64,000 bases of DNA from Candidatus Hydrogenedentota bacterium (GCA_963674865.2 CAXXYE010000009.1:704001-768000), one strand, 5' to 3'; shown: positions 48,521 through 59,116, numbered from the stretch's first letter. The notes: generated by a model not told the origin, from the sequence alone. Made by a program: numbers and translations.

Positions 48521-49915
48521 CTACTCGCCAGCACCAGTCTGGGGCGTGTCATTCCGCGGCTGCATCGCTTTCACCATAGTGCTTCTGGCGTTGCTCAACT
48601 TGGTCGCTATCTCGATGGATTTCTCTCTCAAACGACATCGTATGGCTTCCCGACGCTCCCATATGTCGTCAAAGAAAGCGGCCATACTTTCGACCGACGG
48701 CTGATCCAGGTAGCAGATCTGATCTTCCAGCCCCAGCATCTCCCTGAAGATGCCGCTCAGACGGTAGTCGTTATGGCTCGGGCCCATTAGCATGAACGGA
48801 ACCTCCATTCCGACGGCGGCGATGGCTGAGTGGGCACGCTCGGCAACCAACACCTCGGCCTCGCGAATAAGTCCTTTGAGTTCGCGCGGCGACAGCTCCG
48901 CCTCTAGCACGCGTGCGCGGCCTTTGGGCACATCGATACGGCCCAGGATATCTAAGCCGACCAATCGATCGTCGAGTTCCCGCGTGGGGCCGATAGCATG
49001 CGGAAGAAACAGGAGGTTTACGGGATAGTTCTTCACGACATGCTGGGCCAAGTGGGCGAGCATCGCGCGGTGCGCTTGGACCTTCTCCGAGCGCGAACTC
49101 AGGTCACGAAAACACCTCCGCGCGATTGACGCGGGCTCACATGCCGTGAACATGACAACAGGTTGGGAGAAGAACTCGGCTAGCCCTTCTCTCTCAATGA
49201 TGGACCTTATCTTGTCTTGAGATCCCGGCCGCATGCCGAAGGCAGGATCCGGGGCGGTCTTTACGTCTAGGCTCGGGAAATTGAGCTTCGCCCAGTTCGT
49301 CGCAATGTCATGACGACAGAAGACGAACTCAGCGTGTTGTAGGGCCGCCGCGAAAACACGGACAACGTAGGGGTTGCTGGTATTGGGCTTCATCGAGCTT
49401 CCAAAGACACCGAAACGCATTCCGAACCCACGCATCATATTTATCACGTGACAGTCATATTCATTCAGGGCTCCGTCGTGGCCCGCGAGCAAGAAGTCGC
49501 AGTCAAGGATTCGCTTCAGGGCGCGCATCCTGGCGCTGCTCGGTTCGGAAGATGAGTGTCTTAGATGTCTGAGCTGTCTCGCCGTCTTGCGCACCGGCCG
49601 TTGTGGAATCATCACCCACCATGGAAGGAAACGGTCAAAGCCATTGCGCAGCACAGAACACAAGGATGCAACTATCTGGTCGAATCGAGGCCCGGGGTTG
49701 AACTCGAGAGAACGCCATCGCGAGTAGAACCAATTGGCGGGATATACGTGAAGGCCTTCCACGAAGCGGTACTCCTTGGCCAACATGTCAAGAATGTGAA
49801 ACTCGACGTTCCCCTCCGGAAATAGCACATCCCCCATACCACGGATGATCGCCTCTTCGCCCTTGTTCTCGAGAGGGACCCATTCGGGCACGAATATGTG
49901 GTGTATTCTTTTCAC
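48521..49915 (-). CDS. Polysaccharide pyruvyltransferase family (WcaK-like)
   Basis: NKGEEAII, FCRH, APDPAF, ERAHSAIAA...VP motifs. Confidence 0.85.
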   Translation of the reverse strand: MKRIHHIFVPEWVPLENKGEEAIIRGMGDVLFPEGNVEFHILDMLAKEYRFVEGLHVYPANWFYSRWRSLEFNPGPRFDQIVASLCSVLRNGFDRFLPWWVMIPQRPVRKTARQLRHLRHSSSEPSSARMRALKRILDCDFLLAGHDGALNEYDCHVINMMRGFGMRFGVFGSSMKPNTSNPYVVRVFAAALQHAEFVFCRHDIATNWAKLNFPSLDVKTAPDPAFGMRPGSQDKIRSIIEREGLAEFFSQPVVMFTACEPASIARRCFRDLSSRSEKVQAHRAMLAHLAQHVVKNYPVNLLFLPHAIGPTRELDDRLVGLDILGRIDVPKGRARVLEAELSPRELKGLIREAEVLVAERAHSAIAAVGMEVPFMLMGPSHNDYRLSGIFREMLGLEDQICYLDQPSVESMAAFFDDIWERREAIRCRLREKSIEIATKLSNARSTMVKAMQPRNDTPQTGAGE

Positions 49916-50020
49916 CGATGCCGTTTCTTCCTCTCTTCGCGCGCTAGCGGGTGCATCCGCAAGCGTTCTAGCCTCAGGCCCAGGTTTGCAGCGAAAAACA
50001 CCTAACAGGCTGCCCTCTGC

Positions 50021-51280
50021 TCAGTATCTGCGGATGAGTCTTGCCAGCGCAGGATACATGCCCACTCTCTCGAACGCATACAGTACGCTTCGAGATGCAA
50101 GGACCTTCGCTTCAAACGCTCCTCCGCCCTTGGTGGGCGGATAGCCACCATCGAAGTCTGGCAATGCAAAGCCGAGGGCTCCGAAGAGCCGTCTGCGGGC
50201 GGCTTGACGCTGCCTTCTTGGACTGTAGGTTGTCTCGCTGCGACTCGTTGATCTCGTCTGTCGACACGTCCTTCCAGCATGAGCCGTTGTTTGCTCTGCA
50301 TCGATCTCACGACAACGGAGGCCTCGTCCGTGCGGGCCAGTATGATCGACCAGGGGTGTCCCGTATCAAGAAATCGCGAGAGCCACGCATCGCCACAAGA
50401 AAAGTCCGCCAACTCAGCGGTCGCGTCCACGCAGAGGCGGCAACGTCGGACCTTGATATAGCCGGTTCTCCTACCGTATTGAGGATATGGCAGTTCCACT
50501 ACAGCGCCCCGGCGATCCTCCATAACCATACTGCCGGGCTGGCCGCCGCCACGATAACGGAACCTCGTAACCTCTTGAGGCGACAGGCCATGGCGACGTA
50601 TTAGCGTATCTGTTTCACGGCAGTCGCGGAAACCTCCGCAAAAGTTCCCTATGACAAGCGGAAACCGTTGGCTCAGTTCGGGGCGACGTTCCTGCAGCAT
50701 TCGGAGCCCGGCGATCTGGCACGGTTGTTCCGACAAAAACGAATCGTTCGGATGTCCTCTCGGTGTCGAGAAGTGCCAATAGCGTCGCGGAAGGGCAGTA
50801 CTTCGAGCCTTGCGCTTCGAGCAGATCTTCACGACTCCGAGCCACATAGGCGGCGGGCCTTGGCCCCTGGGAGCCGTACTTCATTCCAGTCACAACCGCG
50901 CCGTCCACTCTCCCCGTCGCCATTAGAAAGCTGGCGATGGCCGTCATAACGCCACCGGAGGACGCACGTTCAAGGATGGCGTCATCCGTACTTCTGGCGG
51001 CCCACGCTTCGCGCCACGCCCCAAGCTCAACGTCTCTCGTGCCTCCTTCGCCCGCAAACCTGCGCGAAAGGCCGATGATGGGATAGCCCTTGCCAGGGCA
51101 TACGGCGAATTCCTCGCCTTTACCGTCGACGAGGTCAGTCTGGCGTATGCTTGGCAAGGCCATGCCTCGATCCGAATCATAGCGCATCTCGATGGCGCCG
51201 GGGGGCGCCGCCACGACGCACGCTCCACATGAGATGCAGAGCCCTTTCTTGACGACATCCTGTATGGAATCAACAGACAT
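50021..51280 (-). pseudogene. Coenzyme F420 hydrogenase/dehydrogenase beta-subunit-like (FrhB family) Fe-S protein with three +1 frameshifts
   Basis: CISCGAC, SSGGVMT, QGSKYCP, VGT|PCQ, GNFCGG, FRYRGGG.PG, CRLCVD...ADFSCGDAW. Removing single extra bases at ~50725, ~50270 and ~50213 gives one 418-aa ORF ending ...LARLIRRY* at 50021. Confidence 0.8.
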
Positions 51281-51292
51281 CAGGTTCTCGCC

Positions 51293-52465
51293 TCAGCCAA
51301 CAGCCTGTTCCATCTCTTCCGCGATCGGCTCGAATCCTTTGTCGAAACTGAGCAATGACTCGAACGTCTGGATTGCTTTCTCTTGAAAGGCTGCATAATC
51401 CTGGGCGATTCGCTGTGTAGCTTCGAGCACGCCGGAAGTATCTTCCACGCAAACCCCCGCACCGTATTCCTCCACCCATCGCAGCCCCTCGAAGTCCCTA
51501 ACCACGCAAGGCACCCCGGACTTCAGAAAGGCGTTCACTTTGCCCGATGAAAAGCCGATGTAGCGTGCGTTTATGCCCTTGTCAGCGTAGAAGCCCAGTC
51601 CTACGGCCGCCGACGCCACCAGACTGTCAACTTGCGCATACGGGATTGGCTTATCCGACACATAAGTCTGCCCCTTATCATGACACGCCATGATCGTTCG
51701 CATGTAGGGCGTGGGATGTTCGGTGCGGAAATGGAACACCATGCGGTAGTCCTTCGGCCAATCCGCAGCTTCGCGTGCCAATTCCAAGGCGCCGTCGCCA
51801 GGACTCACAGCTCCCATCCAAAGGACAATCTTGGTGCCGGGCGGAAAACCGAATCGCTCGTGCATATGGGCGGATTGTGAGATTCGCGCCGCGCCGGCGC
51901 GGGAATTCGGCAAGTAGCGCATCGAATCCGTGGAAATTCTATTCACTTCGGACAGGAATCGCCCCCGTTGGGCGTCTTGCGTCACCGTGAACAAGGCCTT
52001 GCGATTGGCGCGGCGCTCGAGGCACTTCATCGTGTGTCCCAAGAGGTTCCCCATGAGCGAGTGACGCTCATTGCCGAACCAGATCTCATCGTTGTAGAAG
52101 ACACAAGGGATGTTGAGACGCCTTTGTATTGAGGCGGCGACAATGAGTCCCACCTGCGAAAGGCCGACGGTGAGGTCGGGACTTTCCTTCTTAGCCAGCT
52201 CATGGGCTTCCTTCCAGAATTGGACGTATTGCATGCCGCGTCGCACAGCGGCGTTGCGAAACAGAAAGGTCCGGACATTTGGATGCGTGCATTCGAAGGG
52301 AGGGGATGTGGCGTCGCTCACCAAAACGTCCACGCGATGGCCGCGTTCGGCAAATCCCGCGATCGACTCCATCACAAACGCCATGCTGGCAACATAAGGA
52401 AGGGGACAGAGGAACAGCAGGTGAAGCGGATCCTTCCTGTCAGTCCTTCGAGTGTCACTGTCCAT
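51293..52465 (-). CDS. Glycosyltransferase (GT-B, family 4-like)
   Basis: RGHRVDVL, LPNS, SSGKVNAFLKSGVPCV, GAGVCV. Confidence 0.8.
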   Translation of the reverse strand: MDSDTRRTDRKDPLHLLFLCPLPYVASMAFVMESIAGFAERGHRVDVLVSDATSPPFECTHPNVRTFLFRNAAVRRGMQYVQFWKEAHELAKKESPDLTVGLSQVGLIVAASIQRRLNIPCVFYNDEIWFGNERHSLMGNLLGHTMKCLERRANRKALFTVTQDAQRGRFLSEVNRISTDSMRYLPNSRAGAARISQSAHMHERFGFPPGTKIVLWMGAVSPGDGALELAREAADWPKDYRMVFHFRTEHPTPYMRTIMACHDKGQTYVSDKPIPYAQVDSLVASAAVGLGFYADKGINARYIGFSSGKVNAFLKSGVPCVVRDFEGLRWVEEYGAGVCVEDTSGVLEATQRIAQDYAAFQEKAIQTFESLLSFDKGFEPIAEEMEQAVG

Positions 52466-52730
52466 AGGTACCTTTCACAAACGTCCCAGCGAAGAAGACA
52501 CCGCCTACGCGGCGAATGCTTTGGCCCGTTGCCGAGGAGATCATTCTCCCCGGAGCGATGCCGCTGGCTCCATGGCCACCGCTTGGACTACACCAAGAGT
52601 CCTGCAAAAAAACCTCTTCCGGCAGTCCGGCGAGAAGCGTACCACACGAACGGAGCAAATATGAACGTGCTCTTGGGGCAGCCTTCTAACTCCCGTGATC
52701 GATGGAGTTGACAGGCAGCGCGAAGATCCC

Positions 52731-53753
52731 TCAGGTGCTGCCGATTTCGAGCAGAGGGGCGATTTTGTCCTCGAGATCGACGCGGAGCGTAGCCAGCTTG
52801 ACGTCGTTCATGTTGAGGAACTTTGCCGAGGGGTGGCTTACCAGCGCTTGGTCCCCTTGGGTGATGCCAAAGCCCTCGTGACTGGCGATGGCCGTCGACA
52901 GGGATACGATGTGAACAAGGTGCAGCCAGGCATCATCCGGCACCGTGTCGATGTGGTCGTGGCAATAGGTAGTGACGCCGAACTCGGCAGGGAGGCCCCA
53001 GTGCTGGACAATGTGGAGTCCGATAAGGTTGTGATAGCCGGCGAAGACCTCTGTCAGGAGTTGGGGTGAGCCGGACAAGTCTGCAAGGGGTCCTTCTTTG
53101 CAATCGGCGGCGCAGAGGATGGCTGCTTTGCCGACATCGTGGACGAGGCCGGCAACGAAGAGCGCCTCGGGCGCCGTTTCGGCAAGTTCAACGGCGATCT
53201 CGAAGGCGCAATGCGCCGTGGCGACGGCGTGGCGCCAGAGTCCGTGGGCCACTTCGGCCAAGGCGGGAGCGTCGATGGTGTGCAGGTTAGCTATGGCCAC
53301 GGCCTGAACGGTGTTGGCGACTTGGCGCATGCCTAACCTAGCGCAAGCCGCGCGGAGGTCCTTGATCTCCGTCAATCCGCCGTAGGCGACGGAGTTGGCC
53401 ACTTGGAGCACTTTCAGCGCGATGACTTGATCCTGGTTGACGACTTCGGCGACGTCCTCCATGGAGGATTCCGGGTCGCGAACTACTTCCAGCACTCGAT
53501 GAGCAATCTCCGGGAGCACGGGCAGGCGTTCGACAATTTCAGGGAAAAGGCGCAACAACTCGCCGCCGATGGAGCCTTCGTGCGCCGTCTGGCGTACGTC
53601 CGGCACACCTTTGAGGGGGTGGGTTTGAGAAGAGGCGCCGTCGGATTGCAGGGCGAATGCGTTCATACACTGCCCGCAGCCGATAAGGACGGCGCGGTCG
53701 TCCGGTCTTGGTTCAACGCCGGGTGCTTGCGAACAGAAGGGACACACGAGCAT
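52731..53753 (-). CDS. HDOD-domain protein with N-terminal zinc ribbon
   Basis: CPFC...CGQC; LPVLPEIA, DQVIALKVLQVANSVAYG, WRHA, AGLVHDVGK, HWGLP. Confidence 0.9.
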   Translation of the reverse strand: MLVCPFCSQAPGVEPRPDDRAVLIGCGQCMNAFALQSDGASSQTHPLKGVPDVRQTAHEGSIGGELLRLFPEIVERLPVLPEIAHRVLEVVRDPESSMEDVAEVVNQDQVIALKVLQVANSVAYGGLTEIKDLRAACARLGMRQVANTVQAVAIANLHTIDAPALAEVAHGLWRHAVATAHCAFEIAVELAETAPEALFVAGLVHDVGKAAILCAADCKEGPLADLSGSPQLLTEVFAGYHNLIGLHIVQHWGLPAEFGVTTYCHDHIDTVPDDAWLHLVHIVSLSTAIASHEGFGITQGDQALVSHPSAKFLNMNDVKLATLRVDLEDKIAPLLEIGST

Positions 53754-53770
53754 ACGGTAAAGGCTCCTTG

Positions 53771-55654
53771 TTACTTGGTCAGCACAAGAATCTGGCGCAA
53801 GGGGCGGGTCGCGAAGGTGCGCGGCGTCTGCCGGATCACTTCCTCAAAGGTTGTCAGGCCGCGCACGGCTTTGGCGATGCCATCCTCGCGCATCGCTACG
53901 AGCCCCGTGCTCTCGACACAAATCTGGCGGATGACGTGAGCTGTCTTCTTCTGGAGGATGGCCTCTTTGACGTCCTCATTGAGGATGAGTAGTTCGTAGG
54001 TGGCGACGCGGCCGAAATAGCCGGTGTAGTTGCAGTGTTTGCAGCCGCGCCCTTTCTTGAACTCGAACTCGCGGACCTCATTGACTTGGAGTCCGAGGCG
54101 GTCGAGCTCGAGTGGGGTCGGTATGTACGGCGCGGCGCAATGTTCGCAGATGCGTCGTAAGAGCCGCTGCGCCAAGACGGAAATTACGGTGGACGAAATG
54201 AGGAATGTCTCGATGTCCATGTCGATCAGGCGCAGCAGGCCGCCGATCGTGTCCTCGGTGTGGAATGTCGAGTAGACCTTGTGTCCCGTTAGGGCGGCCT
54301 GAATGGCCGTCTCAGCGGTGATGTGGTCGCGGATTTCGCCGAGGACGACAATATCTGGATCCTGGCGCACCATCTCGCGGAGGGTGCTCTCGAAGTCCCT
54401 GCCGATCTTGGTGTATATCGAGCATTGGATAAGTCCATCGATCAGGTACTCGACGGGATCCTCGGCCGTAATGATCTTTATGTCGATGGAGTTGCAATAG
54501 TTCAGGGACGAGTAGAGCGTCGTGGTTTTTCCGGAACCGGTGGGGCCGGTGATGAGGACGACGCCCGTCGGCGCATCAAGCACCTCGATCCGAAATCGCT
54601 CGAGCATGGCTGGATTCATGCCGAGTTCTTCGAGGTCGATCAGTCCGGTCTGCTTATTGAGAATGCGCAGCACGATGCACTCGCCGTGAACCGTCACGTA
54701 GACTGAGAGCCGGAGGTCGTAATCGCGCCCATTGAGGGTGTAAAGGATGCGCCCTCCCTGGTGGCGTCGGTTCTCTGAGATATTGCACTCCGCAAGGATC
54801 TTGATTCGCGAGCTGATGCGGGGCAGGAGGTCCTTGGGCAGGTCCGTCCTGTACACAAGCATGCCGTCGATGCGATAGCGCAGCCGCACGACGTCGGACA
54901 TGGGCTCCACGTGGATGTCGCTGGCGCGCTCCTCGATCGCCGAGGAGATCACGTGGTCAATGAGTTGGACAATAGAGTCTTCCTCTTCCTCGACGGCGCC
55001 TTCGCCGGCCTCCTCGCGGGGTTTTGTGCGAAACTGCCGAAAGTCTTCAATGGCTTCCTGTATGGTGTCTAGAGGACCAAGGGCCAGTTGCGCATTTCCC
55101 GCAAAGAGTTCGTTGACGGCTTGAATACATGCCTGATCCTGAAGGTCGGCGACTACGACAGTGACACATCCTTCTTCGTTCTTGCTGAAGGGAATGAAGT
55201 TGTTCCGCTGCAGATAGTCGGGCGACACGCGGCCGAGGACCGTGCTGTCGATCATGCCAAAGATAGGTTCCATGTAAGGGACCTGGGCCTGGTGGGCAAG
55301 GCTCTGCAAGAGGACACGTTCGCTGATGGCGCCCAGCTCGATAAGGGCGCGGCCGAGCTTGATGCCTTGGTCCTTCTGGATGTGAAGAGCCTGGCTGAGG
55401 GCATCGGGTGTGATGAGGCCTTGCTCGACGAGTATGTCGCCAAGCCGCATGCCTGAGCCGTGTTTCTTGATGGTTTCCGACACGGCTTGCTTCGTGGTGT
55501 AGCCCAGTTCGATCAGGACTTCACCGAGGGGCTTGGGCTGTTCGAGGCGTTGCTGAATTCGAACGGCGCGTTCGAGTTGCTCCCTGGTTAATACTCCGTC
55601 CTTGACGAGGGCGTCGCCGACTGGTGTGGACTTTTCCTTAGGCTCTTGCGGCAT
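53771..55654 (-). CDS. GspE/PilB family secretion/pilus ATPase with duplicated MshEN domains
   Basis: ASDIHVEP, RYRIDG, Walker A GPTGSGKTT, AEDPVE, RQDPD...GEIRD, TGH..STFHT, CxxC...CxxC Zn site; four LG/RLG MshEN-type repeats at the N-terminus. Confidence 0.92.
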   Translation of the reverse strand: MPQEPKEKSTPVGDALVKDGVLTREQLERAVRIQQRLEQPKPLGEVLIELGYTTKQAVSETIKKHGSGMRLGDILVEQGLITPDALSQALHIQKDQGIKLGRALIELGAISERVLLQSLAHQAQVPYMEPIFGMIDSTVLGRVSPDYLQRNNFIPFSKNEEGCVTVVVADLQDQACIQAVNELFAGNAQLALGPLDTIQEAIEDFRQFRTKPREEAGEGAVEEEEDSIVQLIDHVISSAIEERASDIHVEPMSDVVRLRYRIDGMLVYRTDLPKDLLPRISSRIKILAECNISENRRHQGGRILYTLNGRDYDLRLSVYVTVHGECIVLRILNKQTGLIDLEELGMNPAMLERFRIEVLDAPTGVVLITGPTGSGKTTTLYSSLNYCNSIDIKIITAEDPVEYLIDGLIQCSIYTKIGRDFESTLREMVRQDPDIVVLGEIRDHITAETAIQAALTGHKVYSTFHTEDTIGGLLRLIDMDIETFLISSTVISVLAQRLLRRICEHCAAPYIPTPLELDRLGLQVNEVREFEFKKGRGCKHCNYTGYFGRVATYELLILNEDVKEAILQKKTAHVIRQICVESTGLVAMREDGIAKAVRGLTTFEEVIRQTPRTFATRPLRQILVLTK

Positions 55655-55751
55655 GTTCGCTCCCACCTCCAGGGACTCTCCTTCCCCGCTAACGATGCAA
55701 GGGCATTATGCCCAATCGCCCTCAGTGACGCAACCGAATCCGAGGGAGAAA

Positions 55752-58451
55752 TCAGCGGAGCGTGCGGCCGATGGCCTCGATGACGCGGGCGATCTCCTCA
55801 CGTTTGGCGGATAGCCCAGTCGGCACGCGCGGGAAGCTGACGAGATCCGGGCACACGGCCTGGATGTTCATGGCGGATTCTGCGCGTTCTACGAGGACTT
55901 CTCGGCCACCGCGCTCTTTGAGCCTACGGAGGCGATCGGACAGCACCACGAGGTAGTCGTAGTCCTCGATGCCGTCGCGGATGGCCTCCCAGCGGATGGA
56001 GTCGACGGGGCCGCCCGGGCCTGGGTAGACGAGGGAGCCATTGCCGTTGGCGGGAGTCTGATCGAGTTGGCTCAACCACGGGTCGCGTCCGGGCTCGATA
56101 TGGGTTGTATCCCAGTAGTGGAATCCCTTGATGCCGAGTGCCCAGGCCTGCCAGAAGAGGATGCGATGCTCGATGGCGGTGAAATCGATGAAGAAGTTGC
56201 CGTAGGGCCTGGGCGGGGCGTGGTTAACGTAGCACCAGACCTCGCCGCCATTAGCGATGCGCTCAAGGATGGTCTTATTGTTCAGCGTATCGAATACCTG
56301 TAGATGGACATTCCAGATGTCGAGGGCGTCGGGCAGGAAGGGTTGGAGGCCGAAGGTAGACACCATGATGGGCACATGGGGGGCGTTGTCGCGCCAACTC
56401 TGCATGCTTTCGAAGAGCCGCGGCCAGGCCGGTGGAAGCGGCTCGGCGCTGAACGGACAGAACGCTTGCTCTTGCAGGCCGTTTTCGACGACGAAAGTGT
56501 CGGCGAGGCGTAGTTGCTCCGGTACGTCGAGGAGGGAAGGCGGCACCGCGAAGGTGGTGGCTCCTTGGGGGCGGGCCGCGTCGAGCGTTGGGGCAAATCG
56601 ATTGAGGCTCGTCGGATAATCGGCGCTCTCGGCGGGCAAGCTGGTGAGTTGGCGGAGGGTAACGCGGTGGCGAAGGGCGTCGGCGAGGTAGGCCGATGCC
56701 AAGGCGTCGCGCGAATCCGAGAAGCCCGCTTTCTTGCACGCCTGGTAGGCGTCGTCGATTGAGATGCCGAAGTCTGTCTTGAGTGCGGGCGTGATCGGGA
56801 GATCGAAGTCATAAACGGTGGCTTCCAGCCACAGCTCCACGGGATCGCGGCCGGAGGCGCTCAGATCGATGACGCCGAGATAGGTGCCCGGGGGCGTGCC
56901 GGGCGGGGCGTATACCGTTAGCCAAACGGCGCTGCACATGCCGCCGGGGGCGGTAAAGGGTTTGTGGGCGGGAAGCGCGTCGGGCCAGAGTCCGGTAGCG
57001 CTTTCGAAATGGGTGGGGACGCGTATCGCGTGCCAGGCCACGTTGGATATGGTGATGTTGCCGGCGGGGATGACGGCGCCGGAATTCGCGGCGACGAGGT
57101 CACGGACGCGGATTGTCACGTTGTCCAAGTCTTCCTCGTCGGGCGGGCGAAGGACGAGCTGGAAGGACTCGCGTTCTCCCCGCGCGAGGGCGATGCGGGC
57201 GGTGGATTCGACCTTACCTGTAGGTTCGGGCACATCCTCGCGAAAGATCTTGTTGAGGGGGCTTTCAAACCAAAGCGCGAGGCCATCTGCCAGGGCCAAG
57301 TCGCGGGGGAGCGTCCTGCCGCCGTGATCCAGTGCGTGGGGAGCGTCGCTCCACGCGGGCATGGCGGCGCCTTCCGAGGAGCGCACGACAAACTGCGTGT
57401 CGACGCCCCCGTGGGGGGAGCCTGTGTCCAGGCCGAGGGGGAGGATTCTTCCGTTCTGCTTCAGTTGAGCCAAGAATTCGTAGGCTCCTTCTCGCGGTGC
57501 AGCCCATTCATAGGTGCATCGGATGGGCCGGCCGGGGTTGAGGTCGGCGCGTTTTCCTACGAGCGGCCAGGCCTGGCCGGAGGCGTCGCGCACGGTGGCG
57601 TGGATCTCGACGCCCGGCATGGGGCGCACCGCCGCCATCAGCACTTCGAGCCGGCCGGGCTGGTAGTCAATCTGAGCAGCGAGTTCGTCGGAGGCGAAAT
57701 CGACATGGCTGAGGCCGCGCACCGCGTTCAGGCGGTAGGCGGTCTCCCAGGTCGCGCCGGGCTCCATGACGCGCGGCACGAAGGCACAGCGGAAGCCGCT
57801 GGCTTCGTTTTCACTGCCATTGAAGGCCAGGAAGGCATACGTATCATCCGCGTGGGACACGACATAGACGGTTTCTCTAGCGGCGGGGTCGGTGACGGCG
57901 GCCCAGTTGCGTGAGGCGGCGTAGTACGCCGTGTGCGCCGGGGCAAGTACACCGTCTAGGGTCGGGATATCGATCCGATCGCGTTGGTCGAGTACACCGC
58001 CGGGAGCCGCCTCGTTCTGGATCCATGGGGCGACCCACTGCCGCTCATTTCCGCGGTTTTCCACCTTCCAGTGGACTCTGATGGATGCCTCTTCGGGTAG
58101 TGGCTCGATGATGCGCGTCACGTGGAGGCCCTTGATGTTGGGGCCGTCGCAGTCGTAGCTGTGCCTGAACACGGGTTGGTCGGTGCGTTCCTGAAGGATC
58201 TCGGTCTGCTCGTTGAGGCGGCGGTTGGGCACGTAGAAGCTGCCAACGCCGAATCCTTCCTGAAGCAGCCCGTCACCGGAGGCGAGATTGTGGTCCACGC
58301 CGGGGAAGCTCAACTCGGTAGCGACGCCGCCCCGCGCGGGCTCGTACACGAGTTTGAGGAAGGTCCCTTCGATAACGATGTGCTGGTCCGTGACAAGTGA
58401 TTCCGAGGGCTGGGCAGCCGCCCAGAGGGTGAGCAAGAGCAGGAATGACAT
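55752..58451 (-). CDS. Secreted GH123/DUF4091-like protein with N-terminal mutarotase-like beta-sandwich
   Basis: ATG 58451 after GGAG; signal peptide; ARGERESFQLV, WPDALP, VWLTV..P..TPPGTY.G, GFHYW, G.LVYPG...DSIRWEAIRDGIEDYDYL. Confidence 0.8.
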   Translation of the reverse strand: MSFLLLLTLWAAAQPSESLVTDQHIVIEGTFLKLVYEPARGGVATELSFPGVDHNLASGDGLLQEGFGVGSFYVPNRRLNEQTEILQERTDQPVFRHSYDCDGPNIKGLHVTRIIEPLPEEASIRVHWKVENRGNERQWVAPWIQNEAAPGGVLDQRDRIDIPTLDGVLAPAHTAYYAASRNWAAVTDPAARETVYVVSHADDTYAFLAFNGSENEASGFRCAFVPRVMEPGATWETAYRLNAVRGLSHVDFASDELAAQIDYQPGRLEVLMAAVRPMPGVEIHATVRDASGQAWPLVGKRADLNPGRPIRCTYEWAAPREGAYEFLAQLKQNGRILPLGLDTGSPHGGVDTQFVVRSSEGAAMPAWSDAPHALDHGGRTLPRDLALADGLALWFESPLNKIFREDVPEPTGKVESTARIALARGERESFQLVLRPPDEEDLDNVTIRVRDLVAANSGAVIPAGNITISNVAWHAIRVPTHFESATGLWPDALPAHKPFTAPGGMCSAVWLTVYAPPGTPPGTYLGVIDLSASGRDPVELWLEATVYDFDLPITPALKTDFGISIDDAYQACKKAGFSDSRDALASAYLADALRHRVTLRQLTSLPAESADYPTSLNRFAPTLDAARPQGATTFAVPPSLLDVPEQLRLADTFVVENGLQEQAFCPFSAEPLPPAWPRLFESMQSWRDNAPHVPIMVSTFGLQPFLPDALDIWNVHLQVFDTLNNKTILERIANGGEVWCYVNHAPPRPYGNFFIDFTAIEHRILFWQAWALGIKGFHYWDTTHIEPGRDPWLSQLDQTPANGNGSLVYPGPGGPVDSIRWEAIRDGIEDYDYLVVLSDRLRRLKERGGREVLVERAESAMNIQAVCPDLVSFPRVPTGLSAKREEIARVIEAIGRTLR

Positions 58452-58603
58452 TGACTCTATCTCCGCAGTGGTCGCTTGGGGGGCATCATACACGACTATG
58501 CGCCGGCGGGGCACGTACGTTCGGCCAGTTTGATGCACGAAAACCGGAGGGGCGTGCGTCTATACGGACACATGTGTTTATGCTGGACAAGGGGGGATCT
58601 TAT

Positions 58604-59116
58604 ATGGTTCATGTAGGTATCACCGGTGTCTTGTCTGATAGGACTCGGATTCTCGAATGGGCGCATGCACTCCCGCAAGACAGGTTGTGGTTTGAGCCTC
58701 ACACGGAGGACAGCGATGTGCATATCGAGATTGTCTCTGATCGCGGAAGCGAGCTATTCATGCTTGCGCCCGATAAGGGGGTGCATGTTTCCGACTGGCA
58801 GAGCCAGGGCATTTGCCTGTACTCGGGAATCGAGCCCGAAGTGTATCTCTTGCTGTACAGCATGCTTGGCCTGATCCAGTGGTGGGCCCTCGAGCCTAAT
58901 CCGCATCTTATCCCCGAAGATTTCTTTCATCCCGCGGGGCCGAACTCCCTGCTTGCGCGGCAGGAGTATAAGCAGGATTATGCCCTCATCCTTGAATCTC
59001 CCAGTGTCTGCTCGGGCTGCCTGGAGTTCTACCGGTGTTTGGGGGCGGAATTGGAGGTGCACGCCTTACAGTGCGTCATTGATTTCATCACGATGTGCAG
59101 GCGTACGCCAAGGTAG
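58604..59116 (+). CDS. Hypothetical protein with C-terminal CxxC
   Basis: ATG after GGGGGA; fills the gap between divergent and downstream genes; ...FFH...SLL...VCSGC. Confidence 0.55.
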   Translation: MVHVGITGVLSDRTRILEWAHALPQDRLWFEPHTEDSDVHIEIVSDRGSELFMLAPDKGVHVSDWQSQGICLYSGIEPEVYLLLYSMLGLIQWWALEPNPHLIPEDFFHPAGPNSLLARQEYKQDYALILESPSVCSGCLEFYRCLGAELEVHALQCVIDFITMCRRTPR

